Source of the DNA: Chiloscyllium plagiosum
Taxonomy: Eukaryota
DNA length: 64,000 bases
Assembly: GCF_004010195.1 (NCBI RefSeq)
Contig: NC_057752.1
Location: forward strand, 6,791,003-6,855,002
Direction of reading: 5' to 3'
This document shows positions 49,242 to 61,006 of this stretch, one piece after another. A program made the translations under genes and the position numbers. The stretch's first letter is position 1, and every line of letters starts with the position of its first letter. Under the pieces are notes generated by a model. It searched no databases. It worked only from the letters and a program-made list of their open reading frames with translations, and was not told where the DNA came from.

Positions 49242-51409
49242 GTAGGTGGAGTCGACCCTATGCTTTCTGTCTTTTTAAAAAATCTACAATTGTAATCTTA
49301 TTTCTGTTTTGTGTCCCAAAACGGTGCTCTCAAACTTTTTGATGAAACTAACTTGGGGGCGTTACTTCTTTCCGGGTGATTTTAAAAAGTATCTTTTTGT
49401 AAAAGAGGGAAAAATCTAATGACAAGCCTTTTATTTGGAGACGGAAACTGGGAGTTATAAAAACCTGTTTGCTTAGGATTTTTGCGCAATCACCTAACGA
49501 TAAACTGAGGCTGTTGTGTGGGAGCGCCTGCTTCAGGTTGGCTGCAGTTTTCCATGGCCTGACTCTCGGTGTGTGAACAGGTCGGAAAGATCAGGTTCAT
49601 GGGCTATCAGTTCAAGCTCATGTGAACGTGAAGTGAGCACCAACCTCGGGTAACCTTCGAAGTTCACGCGGACTTTTCCCCAAAGCCCCCCTCTTGCTGG
49701 GGTAGAGCTAAGGGTGGGATTTCGCGTGTGACAGGCTGCAAGTTTGACCGCACTGGGTCACAAGAAATGTTGAATTATTTCAGCTTTTATCCCCCTAATG
49801 TGTGTATAGGGAATTGAACTGAACTGCGAAGTGGCTCTTTCCAGAAGCATTCAGCCGAGTTCTCGTTTAAAGCCATTTCATGATGTTTCGTGTCTATTTC
49901 ATCCCAGCAGGAGCCTCCGGGCGCTTCTGTAGGTCGAACAATGTTGCCAATTTTCCCCATCTCCCTTTCCCCGAAATCGTGCCTTTTTTTATTCTTCCGC
50001 TGGCAGAGTCACTGACACTATGGGATTCAGTGTAGAGAGCAACTTGGATCCTCGCTGTAAGTTTTAGACTGTTTCAACCCCTGTGCTCATGACACTGACA
50101 AAGTGAACTTGTGATTCACAAGAGCGACAGAAGAGCTCAATGAATCCTGGTCTGTCTGTTTTCTAGCTCTTGGGAGACCTGTGCACAGGAGTTGGAGTCA
50201 GAGTTACAAAGTTGTATTTTTAAAAAAAGATAATAGCCACTGCGGTTCTGTAAATACTTGTCCCTCTTTGCAAATCAGTTCGTGCACTTTACTCTTCCAA
50301 ATAATTCACTGCATGGTGAGATACTAACTAGAAAGATGCAAATCTTCCTGCATTACAAGAACACTTATTCTGTTTATTCATGCCTTGTATGTTTCAACTC
50401 TTCTGGGAATATCAATAGTTCCTTTTAAATGTTAATTGAGTGCTGCCAGTGAGTTGGAGGTTTCACTTGTTTAAGTGAACACTTGAGAGGACAGGTAAAT
50501 ATCTTCTTCATGGATCAGGTGAACTTTGATTTTGAATTTTTGTTATTGCCTGCAGAAACTTGCAAGTTGAACCCTTTCTTTCCAAAGCTGCCCTTTTCTG
50601 TTACAATAAAGGTGCTGACCTGTTTAACTAACACTTTGCTGGGATACACTGAGGTGGTGTGGTTCACAGAGTTGCATTCACACTTTTATGGCTTTTTCCA
50701 AGTGGAATTGAAAACATTTCTCTGTCTCTGGAAAGTGTTTTAGGGTATCTCTCTCTATGCTAGAGGTTCTATATGAATGTAGATTGTGTTGGTGATGCAG
50801 CCAACTGCCACTTGTTGGAACACAGGAGCACAATCTAAGCAAGTGTGGTCCAGTGACCCATCCAGTTTGTTCTTTCTGCAGCCTGTATATATCACACCCT
50901 GTTTATTTCTCATCCTGTTCAATCCACAATCTAATAAATGCTCAGTTAGGAGGCACCAAGTGACGTGCTCCTGTCGAGGAGATGAAAATCCAACCAGGGA
51001 GTCATGTCTGAAGCATCATGGGTGGCACCTCCAAGAGAACATGATGCCCACTTAGCTTTCTGGCAGTTGGTACTATGATCAGCTGAACCTGGCACTTTCT
51101 GCCACAGTATTGAAAGGACCCAATCAAAGTCCTAAATGTTCTCTCTGACTGTAGCTTTGGGATACTTTCTGTTCCCATGAATGAATGAAACAAGGATTTA
51201 AATACACTAAATAAATGCAAGTTGTTACATCCATTCATTGTAAGAGTTGTTTCTTTATCTGGTATTTTATAAAGGCAGCATTTCGTTCGGGACTCTGTAT
51301 GAAATGTGATTTGACTCAGACAAAACACTAGATACAATGTAGCACAATTTCCTCTTCAAGACCACAACTTTGCATAAATCTCCATGAACGAGAAACTCTA
51401 ATCTCCAGG

Positions 51410-53420
51410 ACTGCAGATGCTGGAGATTAGAGTCGAGAATGTGGTGCTGGAAAAGCGCAGCAGGTCAGGTAGCATCTGAGGAGCAGGAGAATGGACATTT
51501 AGGGCAAAAGCCCTTCATCAGAATGGGGCTGTGAGGCAGGGGGGTGGGGCTGGGGGAAGGTAGCTGAGAGTGTGATAGGTGGAGGTAATGCTGATAGGTC
51601 GGAGGGGAAGTAAGAGCAGATTAGTGGGAAGGAAGATGGACAGGTGGGACAGATCATGAGGACGGTGCTGAGCTGGAAGGTTGGAACTGGGATAAAGTAG
51701 GGGGAGGGGAAATGAGGAAGCTGGTGAAATCCACATTAATGCCATGGGGTTGGAGAGTCCCAAGGTGGGCAATGAGGCGTTCTTCCTAGAAGTATCGGGT
51801 GGTGAGGGAACAGCGGTGGAGGAGGACCAGGGCTTGGATGTCCTTTGCGGAGTGTGAGAGGGAGTTGAAGTGTTCAGCCATGGGGCGGTGGAGTTGGTTG
51901 GTGCAGGTGACACGGCGATGTTCTCTGAAGCTCTCTGCGAGTCGGTGTGGAAGGAGGTGTAGTTCAGATAGCTGTGGGAGTTGGTGGGTTTGTAGAAGAT
52001 GTCAGTGTTGAGTCGGTCACCATTGATGGAGATGGAGAGATCCAGGAAGAGGAGGGAGGTGTCTGAATGGTCCTGGTGAACTTAAGGTCGGGGTGAGATG
52101 TGTCGGTGAAGCTGATGAACTGTTCAGCCTCCTCGTGGGAGCACAAGATGGCCCCAATGCAGTCATCAATGTCGCGGAGGGTAAAGGTGAGGAATGGTGC
52201 TGGTGTAACTACGGAAGATAGAGGGGGCCCAGGGAAACAAAAGTCTTGGAGGTGGTGGAGAGCATAGGTTGTGCCTTGAATGTATGTGGGGAGTTCCTGG
52301 ACTGAGGGGATAAGACAGTATCGAGGTAGGTGGAGATGAGTTCGGGGAGGCAGGAGCAGGCTGAGACGATGGGTCAACTGGGGTAGTCAGGCTTGTGGAT
52401 TTTGGGCAGGAAATAGAACTAAGATTGGAAGCTGTGTGTGGAATATCCCCTGAGGTGGTGAGGTTGTGTACAGTCTGGAAAATGATGGTTTGGTGATGGG
52501 GGCTGAGGTCGTGGTCGAGGAGGCAGTAGGAGGAGGTGTCTTTGAGTTGGCGCCTGGCTTCAGTGGTATAGAGGTCAGTGCACCAAACTACCTCTCCCCC
52601 CATTCCCCCCCCCCCCCCCCCCCCCCCCCACCCACCACTGTCCGCTGGTTTGATGGAGGTTGGGGTTGGAGCAGAGGGAGTGGAGGGCTGCGCGTTGTGA
52701 GGGTGAGAGGTTGGTGTGGGTGAAGGGAGTGGACAGATTGAGGTGGTCACTGTCCCAGCAGCAATTGGAAATAAACTCCTCGACCACAACCTCACCTCCC
52801 ATCACCAAACCATCATCTCCCAGACCATCCACAACCTCATCATCTCAGGGGATCTCCCACCCACAGCTTCCAACCTCATAGTTTGCGAACCCCGCACCGT
52901 CTCCCCAAGATTCACAAGTCTAACTACCCCGGCTGACCCATTGTCTCGGCCTGCTCCTGCCCCACCGAACCCATCTCCACATACCTTGATACTGTCCTAT
53001 TCCCCCTGGTCCAGGAGCTCCCCACATATATTTGGGACACCACCTATGGCCTCCACATCCTCCAAGCCTTTCGTTTCCCTGGCCCCAACACCTCATCTTC
53101 ACCATGGACATCCAATCCCTCTACACCTCCATCTGCCATGACCAGGGCCTCCAAGCCCTCCGTTTCTCCCTCTCTTGATATCCCCACAAGTATCCTTCCA
53201 CTGATGATCTTATTCCTTTGGCTGAACTGGTCCTCACCCTCAATAATTTCTCCTTTTGAATCCTCTCACTTCCTCCAGACCAAAGGGGTAGCCATGCGCA
53301 CCCATATGGGCCCCAGCTATGCCTGTCACTTTGTCGGCTACGTAGAACAGTCCATCTTCCGTACTTACACCAGCACCATTCCCCAACTTTTTCCTCCACT
53401 ACATTGATGACTGCATCAGC
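51410..53420. mobile_element. Penelope-like retroelement remnants in inverted arrangement (minus 51410-52770, plus 52775-53420)
   Basis: RT motifs FLQTKGVAMRTHMGPSYACHFVGYVEQ, DIDDCIG and HPDLKFT; the 3' end with hammerhead-like motif lies at 51410-51525. Confidence 0.85.
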
Positions 53421-54129
53421 TGTCATCTTTCAGACAAGACCCATCTGCCCTCTACCCATCAGCTATGACCTATTTGAAAAAGATGAGGATAATTCTCCCT
53501 GGTGGCCTGACCAATATTTCTCTCTTGATCAACATCAAAAAATCAGACAATGTGACCATTATCAAATTGTGCACAGGATCGAGAATTGTTACAGTGCAGA
53601 AAGAGGCCATTCATCTCATCACTGGCTTTCCAAATGTCTAGACCACCTAGTGGCACTCCCTGGCTTCTCTCTACAGTCCTTCCCATAGTCTTTCCTTTTT
53701 TTTTAAAACAACAATACAATTTTGTCTTGAAAGCCTCAATTTGAATTTGCCCCACCATACTCTCAGGCTGTGCTTTCCAGACCCTAACCACATACTGTGT
53801 GGGAAAAGAAGGTTTTCCTTATGTCACCATTGCCGTTTTTGCTAAATGAAATGAATTAATAAATCACAATTCAATTATATCCATTCGAGGTATAAATGTC
53901 CTTTTTTTTTCCAGACCCTTTGGCTCTACCCAGAGGTTCAAAGATGGGCCATTCCATTGTGTAAGTTTTCTCACTGGCAATGTGGCCTTGTAAGATGAGC
54001 ACCAATTATCTTTTAACAATAATTATTCCAAGCTTGTTGGATTTGCTCTCACTTTAAGATTGTTTACTAGTTTCTTAATATCATCTTATCTTCCATTTAA
54101 CCTATTACTATCCAAAGTAAAAGTTATTA

Positions 54130-54230
54130 ACAAGAACAGAAATTTCTGGAAAAATTCTGCAGGTCTGGCAGCATCTGTGGAGAGAAAGCAGAGTGAACAT
54201 TTTGGGTGCCATGACCCTTCTTCAGAACTG
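54130..54230 (-). mobile_element. Penelope-end fragment with degenerate hammerhead
   Basis: Same family as 46828-46930. Confidence 0.7.
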
Positions 54231-54330
54231 AGTAAAGGTTGTTATATGACCTAAAACTAAAGGTACTCTCTCAATCACGTGAATTGTGCAAATAGATATT
54301 TGCAAAAAGGTCACCAAGAAAAATCAGTTT

Positions 54331-55010
54331 CAAAGAGACCTTGGAGTGCAGGCTTATAGCTCCTTGAAAGTAGAGTCGCAGGTAGATAGGATAGTGAAGA
54401 AGGCGTTTGGTATGCTTTCCTTTATTGGTCAGAGTATTGAGTACAGGAGTTGGGAGGTCATGTTGCAGCTGTGCAGGACATTGGTTAGGCCGCTGTTGGA
54501 ATATTGTGTGCAATTCTGGTCTTTCTATCGAAAACTTGAAAGGGTTCAGAAAAGGTTTACAAGGATGTTGCCAGGGTTGGAGGATTTGAACCAAAGGGAG
54601 AGACTGTACAGGCTGGGGCTGTTTTCCCTGGAGCGTCGGACGCAGAGGGGTGACCTTGTAGAGGTTTATAAAATTATGAGGGCCATGGATCAGGTAAATA
54701 GACAAAGTCTTTTCCCTGGGGTGGAGGAGTCCAGAACTAGAGGGCATAGGTTTAGGGTGAGAGGGGAAAGATATAAAAGAGACCTAAGGGGCAACTTTTT
54801 CACGCAGAGGGTGGTACGTGTGTGGAATGAGCTGCCAGAGGATGTGGTGGAGGCTGGTACAATTGCAACATTTAAGAGGCATTTGGATGGGTATATGAAT
54901 AGGAAGGGTTTGGAGGGATATGGGCCGGGTGCTGGCAGGTGGGACTAGATTGGGTTGGGATATCTAGTCGGCATGGATAGGTTGGACTGAAGGGTCTGTT
55001 TCCATGCTGA
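54331..55010 (+). mobile_element. Young CR1 LINE 3' fragment with an open ORF2 C-terminus
   Basis: QRDLGV..LVRPLLEYCVQFWS..LERVQKRFTRMLPGL..FFTQRVVRVWNELP..GRWD-stop, followed by the 3' UTR. Confidence 0.93.
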
Positions 55011-55044
55011 CTCTAATTACATTTGGACCAGCCGTACAGAAGCA

Positions 55045-55185
55045 GCTTGTGGAGGTTAGCTGTGTGCAATGGCCCTGTTTCTTACATTACAACAGGGACT
55101 CCACTGCAACAAGTATTTCATTGGGTATAATGTGCTTTTGAGGTGTCGGGTGGTCATGAAAGTTGCTCTACAAACACAAATCTTC
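55045..55185 (+). mobile_element. Deu-domain SINE 3' remnant
   Basis: gctgtgtgcaatggc..ttacattacaacagggactccact..aagtatttcattgg..gtcatgaaagttgctcta. Confidence 0.6.
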
Positions 55186-56941
55186 CTTTATCTTTTCCAA
55201 GAATTCAGATTCCTAAGTCTAGTTTGTTAAGCTGAAGCTATTTTGATTTCTGCTTGCTTACTTTCGTGAAATTGAGTTAACAAGGAGGTAAAACAGCCGA
55301 AGGCTAATAGTTTCCCTTGGTCATAGTAAATCCTTTCAGACTCTTGCAAGAGCTGTTTCACCCCTCTCTATCTTCAAAATTTAGAAAGCTTTTTTTGAGC
55401 ACTTTTATGGAGGCTCTTTCTTCAGTTCCCTTACCAAAGGCAGATCTGATCCACAGCACCATGATCTCCTCCACAGTTAGGGTCAAAGAGACAGGTCTGT
55501 GATCCACTGCAGCCAGAACAGGATCAACTTGATCCACGACGACTGCCTAGCAACCGCCCCTGCTTGTTGCAGTCTGGAGCTCTGCATAGCGATGGCAGAG
55601 ACTCCACTTTCTTTGTGTTGCTTGGCTGACCATGAATCTCTCCTGCCCTTGCCCACCTGGCATTGGCCTGGGGTAGCAGGATTTTCAGGTCAATACTCAA
55701 CCCATTTGGCCATGTTCTGAACAAATATTCTATGCCTATCAAGTCCTGCAGTGGAAGTTGAGCTTCTGGCTTGGAGATAAGTTGCCATAGCCCATTGAAT
55801 CATAACAGCACCTCTTGAAGCTCGTGCAGCTTCGAAAAGGCAGTTCAGCATAAGTCAGCAATTTCAAGTTCAATGTGGAGCTGCAAACTGGGAAGATCCC
55901 ACATTTGTTTCCAAATATTGTGCACAGCTGATTTAAGCCTGGACAGCTGCTGGTAAGCTATTATCAGCATCTACAGTTGATGGTTTTTCCTCCCCGTTGA
56001 AGGTCCTTCTGATTGCTATTCAGCTCCTGCAGGAGAGGGTACAAGAGTATGGACTTGTGAGACCTCCTCTGCCCCTTTGTAAAAACTTTCTCTCATCCCC
56101 TGTAAAGAAAAGGCACTAAGGTTGAGACTGTCGGGATCCACTCAGCTCTTCTCAAATGAGTGTCAGCCCCTTCCTGAGAGAAGCGAGTCAAGTCCGGGGA
56201 AAAAAAAAGTCCTGTGTTTCAGAGATATTAAGTTCCAGTATCTTTGGAATGTTTCCAAAAACAGCTTTAGGAGAGAGTTACTGTAGATGTGTTTTAAAGC
56301 ATCGTGCATTCGCGCATTTCTTTTTGAAGATACGTTTGAGCTGAAAGGCAATTCAGATGTCTGAGCTGACTTTGGTTTTCTTTAGCTTGTTTTGGTGATT
56401 TATAACCACAAGCCTCCTTTTTGTTAAATAACTTGTTCTACACAGCGGGGTCTTCCCTTATGGATTCTGAATAGCAGTCGGTCTGAAGACACAAGGAGGT
56501 TTTTTTTTCAAAAAGGCTACCTGACGAGTAGCTGTGACAAGAGGTCACAGTGACTAATGTGGGCAAGTGTGACATGTTTTTTTTATAAATAACCTTGTGA
56601 CGATCAGTGTTATTTAAATTAGAGTGAATTTGATCATGACTTCACTTCTTTATGCTCATTCTTTCGTGAAATAAAGCACTTTATCATTTGTATTGGGCCT
56701 GTCTCGCCAAGGATTGTCTGTCTGCATTTGAACAGATTGAAGGAGAACCCATTTGAAAGACCAAATTCACCAGTTCAAGCTGCAAGGACATAATGTTACA
56801 CCCTGGGTTATACCATACTGATTCAACCAGCCATATGCAGTAAACACCGTGGGTACAAGGAACGGTCAGAGGCTGGGAATTCTGCAATGACAAACTCCTG
56901 AAAGCTTGTCCACCATCTACAAGGCACAAGTCAAGAGTGTG

Positions 56942-57441
56942 NNNNNNNNNNNNNNNNNNNNNNNNNNNNNNNNNNNNNNNNNNNNNNNNNNNNNNNNNNN
57001 NNNNNNNNNNNNNNNNNNNNNNNNNNNNNNNNNNNNNNNNNNNNNNNNNNNNNNNNNNNNNNNNNNNNNNNNNNNNNNNNNNNNNNNNNNNNNNNNNNNN
57101 NNNNNNNNNNNNNNNNNNNNNNNNNNNNNNNNNNNNNNNNNNNNNNNNNNNNNNNNNNNNNNNNNNNNNNNNNNNNNNNNNNNNNNNNNNNNNNNNNNNN
57201 NNNNNNNNNNNNNNNNNNNNNNNNNNNNNNNNNNNNNNNNNNNNNNNNNNNNNNNNNNNNNNNNNNNNNNNNNNNNNNNNNNNNNNNNNNNNNNNNNNNN
57301 NNNNNNNNNNNNNNNNNNNNNNNNNNNNNNNNNNNNNNNNNNNNNNNNNNNNNNNNNNNNNNNNNNNNNNNNNNNNNNNNNNNNNNNNNNNNNNNNNNNN
57401 NNNNNNNNNNNNNNNNNNNNNNNNNNNNNNNNNNNNNNNNN
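56942..57441. other. Assembly gap (500 N)
   Basis: Run of exactly 500 N, flanked by repeat fragments; the true gap size is unknown. Confidence 1.
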
Positions 57442-57609
57442 TCCTGATAATTGACAATGAATTCACAGTCGTCATTAAACTCTTACTTCCAGATTTTTAT
57501 TGAATTCAAATTCTGCCATGATGGTATTCGAACCTAGGTCCCCAGAACATTAACTGGGTCTCTAGATTAACAGTCCAGCGATAAAACCACTTGGCCATCG
57601 TCTCCCCTC

Positions 57610-57930
57610 TTGCTCAATAGCAGCAGTGTGCACTATTCACATGATGCACTGCAGAAACTCACCAAACAGCACCTTCTAAACCCATGACCACTACCATCTA
57701 GAAGGATGAAGGCAGCAAATACAGGGGAAAACCACCATCAAGATCCCCTCCAGGTCAGTCACTACCCTCATTTGGTAATATATCGCCATTCCTTCAGTGC
57801 CGTTAGGTTAAAACCTGGAAGTCTCTCCCTCACGGCATTGTGGATATACCTACACCAAATGGATTGGAGTGATTCCAGGAGGCAGTTTACCACAGCTGCT
57901 GCTCATGGGCAACTAGGGATGGGTAATAAA
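57610..57930 (+). mobile_element. L2/CR1-like LINE 3' end (partner of the second SINE family)
   Basis: gcagcagtgtgcact..atgcactgcagaaactcacc..gggcaactagggatgggtaataaat; the tail is shared with the SINEs at 25758 and 27280. Confidence 0.65.
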
Positions 57931-57941
57931 TCTAAAAATTC

Positions 57942-57969
57942 CTGATGAAGGGCTTTTGCCCGAAACGTC
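57942..57969 (+). ncRNA. Minimal hammerhead ribozyme motif at the start of a short Penelope-end insertion (about 57938-58033)
   Basis: CUGAUGA-A-GGGC-UUUU-GCCC-GAAA-C-GUC; stem I is imperfect. Confidence 0.6.
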
Positions 57970-58089
57970 AATTTTTCCTGCTCCTCAGATGCTGCCTGAC
58001 CTGCTGTGCTTTTCCAGCACCACTCTAATCTAGACAATAAATATTCACAGCCAGCGAGCAACACAAACATCACACACATTACTATTAAA

Positions 58090-58690
58090 AAAAGTGTGAT
58101 TAAAAAGGCAAATGGAATGTTGGTATTTAATATCAAGGGGAAACTGTACAGATGTGCTGCCATATTTATGCAGGACCTTAGTGAGATCGCATCTGGAGTT
58201 TTTGCCTTCTTATTTAATGAGGGTTATAATAGCATTAGAAGCAGTTCAGAGAAGGTTCACTCAACTGACACTGAAATAGAATGGTTATTTGATGAGAAAA
58301 TATGGAACAAGTTGGGTCTACATTGCAGTTTAGAAGAATAAGGGGTGACTTTATTGAAACAAAGAGCTTGAGGGAACTTGACAGAGTAGCTGTTTCTCAA
58401 TGTGGACAAGTCTAGAAGTAGGGGATAGTTTAAAATTAGTGGTCTCCCATTTTAGACAAAAGGTGAGGAGCTTCATCTCCCCCTCAATGGGCCATTAGTT
58501 CTTGGTGTTCTCTTCCCGAGAGAGCAGCAGAGGCTCAGTTATTAAATGTATTAAAAGCAGAGTTACAATAATGATCAACATTGATTATGAGTGACAGGCA
58601 CGAAATTGGAGTTGAGCCCTGAATTAGGTCAGTCAGGATTATACTGAACAGTTGAACAGGCTCAAAGGGCCAAATAACCTATGCCTGCAG
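58090..58690 (+). mobile_element. Decayed CR1 3' fragment
   Basis: VIKKANGML, gttcagagaaggttcact and ggggtgactttattgaaac. Confidence 0.7.
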
Positions 58691-58756
58691 CCAATACTTG
58701 TATTTACATTTAGGTTCAAAACAAAAACTAATACTATTTTACAAATAAGTCTACCA

Positions 58757-59118
58757 TGGGGCACGGTGGCTCAGAGGTTAGAACTGCTACCTCACAGCTC
58801 CAGGAACCCAGGTTTGATTCCACCCTCAGGAGACTTTTTGTGGGGAATTTGCACATTTTCCCAGGGTTTGTGGGGCTTTCGGCCAGATTCTCTGTTTTCT
58901 CTCACAGTCTGAAGTGTGGTAAGGTGAATTGGCCATGCTAACTTGTCCTGTCATGTCGACCGGATGTGCAGGCTAGGTGGATTAGGGGGTTAGCAATGGG
59001 GAATGCAGGATTACAGGGATAGGGTGGCGGGGGTAAGATCTGGATGGGATGCTCTTCGGAGGGTCAGTGTGGACTTGATGGGCTGAATAACCTGCTTCTA
59101 CACCGTAGGGATTCTATT
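58757..59118 (+). mobile_element. HE1-like V-SINE, full length, diverged
   Basis: Collinear with 7081-7415 from head to tail (..gtagggattctat). Confidence 0.85.
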
Positions 59119-59699
59119 TTATAGTTCTAAAACATTATCACCACTGTGACATCAACTGCAGGATTTATTTTTTTAAATTTGGGTTTCTGACTTTTGGGTT
59201 AGTAATTAGTGAAGTTAATTACTAATTTGCAAGTATTTCTGTAACTATTTTCTTTTAAAAACCAAGGAAGTCCGGCTTTAAAGCGTATGGGTTTTATGCA
59301 CTACTAATGGGCTTTTGCTTATTTAGATGGATTTGCGACCCAGTGTGGCAAATAATGGGGCCACGAGGTTTGTTAGAGTTCTGGAACTTGATTTTTGTTT
59401 TAAGCTCAATGGAAAAGTCTATACCTTAGAGAGGAAGACTTTTGACTGAATTGGGCAGCCCTGTTACGTTTTTGATTCTTGAGAGCACTTTCCTACGACA
59501 CCATACTGTTTCAAAGGTTACCCAGGAGTGAAGAGTTAGTATTAATCCTAAAAACAGATATGTGGGAGGTAAGACCCTGAAGAGGTTACTTAAAGCTGAG
59601 TACATTTAAACAAGTATATAATAGCTTCAGGAAGGAACTATCTGTAGTTCCAGTCGACAAGCTGAAGTCACAAGCTATTCGGTACTACAAAGTTACGAG

Positions 59700-60350
59700 G
59701 CTCTGCTATTGCATGCTTTATAACAGTCTCTAACATTTTCCCAATAATAATCATTAAGTTAATTTGCCTGTATTTACTGATTTTTCTTAAAAATAAAAGT
59801 GTTAGTCTGGCAGTGTTCATTCTTCTGGGACTTTTCCAGAATTTAAGGATTCTTGGAAGATTACTACCAGTACATCCGCTCTCCATAGCCATTACTTTTA
59901 AAATCCTCAGAGGCAACCTAAGATTCAATGGATTTATCAGCCCTATCCCAATTAATTTCCCTGGTACATTTTATCTTGTGATCATTATCATATTCATTTC
60001 CTCCTCTCCCAATTTATTCTTTGTTCTACGGTATAACTCCTGCTCGGGGGCCTGGAGATTACTCCCACCAGCGTATTCTTCCCCTTGTTATTTCTTAGAT
60101 CCACCATATTGATTCTACACCTTCTGATCCTTGATAGTTTCTTGCCATTGCACTTATCCCATCTAGTACTGGAGCTACCGCACCACACTTCCCTTCCTTC
60201 CTGTCCTTTTCAAAAGTCACATACCTTGGAATAGTTCCCAGCTTTGATCTCTTTGTAATCATATCCATGAATGTCTATTTGTGCGGTTAGCTTATTTATT
60301 TTCTTCCCAATACTACGTGCATTGTAGTAAAGAGCCATTCATTTTGCTTG
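59700..60350 (-). mobile_element. Decayed CR1 ORF2 fragments
   Basis: KYRQINL.IIIGKMLETVIK and GKNTLVGVISRPP on the minus strand. Confidence 0.7.
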
Positions 60351-60384
60351 TTTATCCCCCTCCTTGAACTTATTTACTGCTTTT

Positions 60385-61000
60385 GACAGCTAGTGCCAAA
60401 ATTGGGAAAGCTGTCTCAGAGACTAGTCAAGTAACAGCCTGACATAGTCACACACATGGAATCATACCTGAGAAACAATATCCCATTACCATCACCATCC
60501 CTGGATGTGTTCTGGGGACACTACCACTGTCCTACGTGAGCCCCATCAAGCCACAGAATCAATCCTGGTTCAATGAGCAGCACATGCCCAGTGACACCCA
60601 GTTTGGATTCCACAAGGGCCACTCAGCTCCTGACCTGATTACAGCCTTGGTTCAAGCATGGACAAAATAAAAACTGAATTCCAGAGGGGAGGGGAGAGTG
60701 ACTGCCCTTGACACCACAGCCGCATTTAACCAAGTGTTGCATCAGAGAGCCCTAGCAAAACTGGAGACACTGGGGATCATGGCGAAAATTCTCTCTGCTG
60801 GTTAGAGTCATACCTGGTACATAAAATGGCAGTTGTGGTCGTTGGAAGTCAGTTATCTCAGCTCCACTACAGCAATGCAGAAGTTACTCAGAATAGTACC
60901 TTCAGCCCCACTATCTTCAGCTGCTTCATTAAAGACCTTCCTCCAGTAGGATCAGAGGTGGGTTGTTTACCACTGGCAGTACAATGTTCAGCATCATTCA
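60385..61000 (+). mobile_element. Decayed L2/CR1-like LINE ORF2 fragments
   Basis: QFGFHKGHSAPDLITALVQ, VTALDT.AAFNQV.H..L.KL and FSPTIFSCFIKDLP. Confidence 0.7.
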
Positions 61001-61006
61001 CAACTC

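Noticed and set aside
52605..52629. 25-nt poly-C run as a G-quadruplex element
   Set aside because: It lies inside a decayed Penelope copy, and homopolymer length is unreliable.
54286..54948. 220-aa ORF as a host gene
   Set aside because: It is the CR1 ORF2 C-terminus, repeated several times in the window.
56684..57503. Long ORFs containing X
   Set aside because: Artefacts of the 500-N gap.
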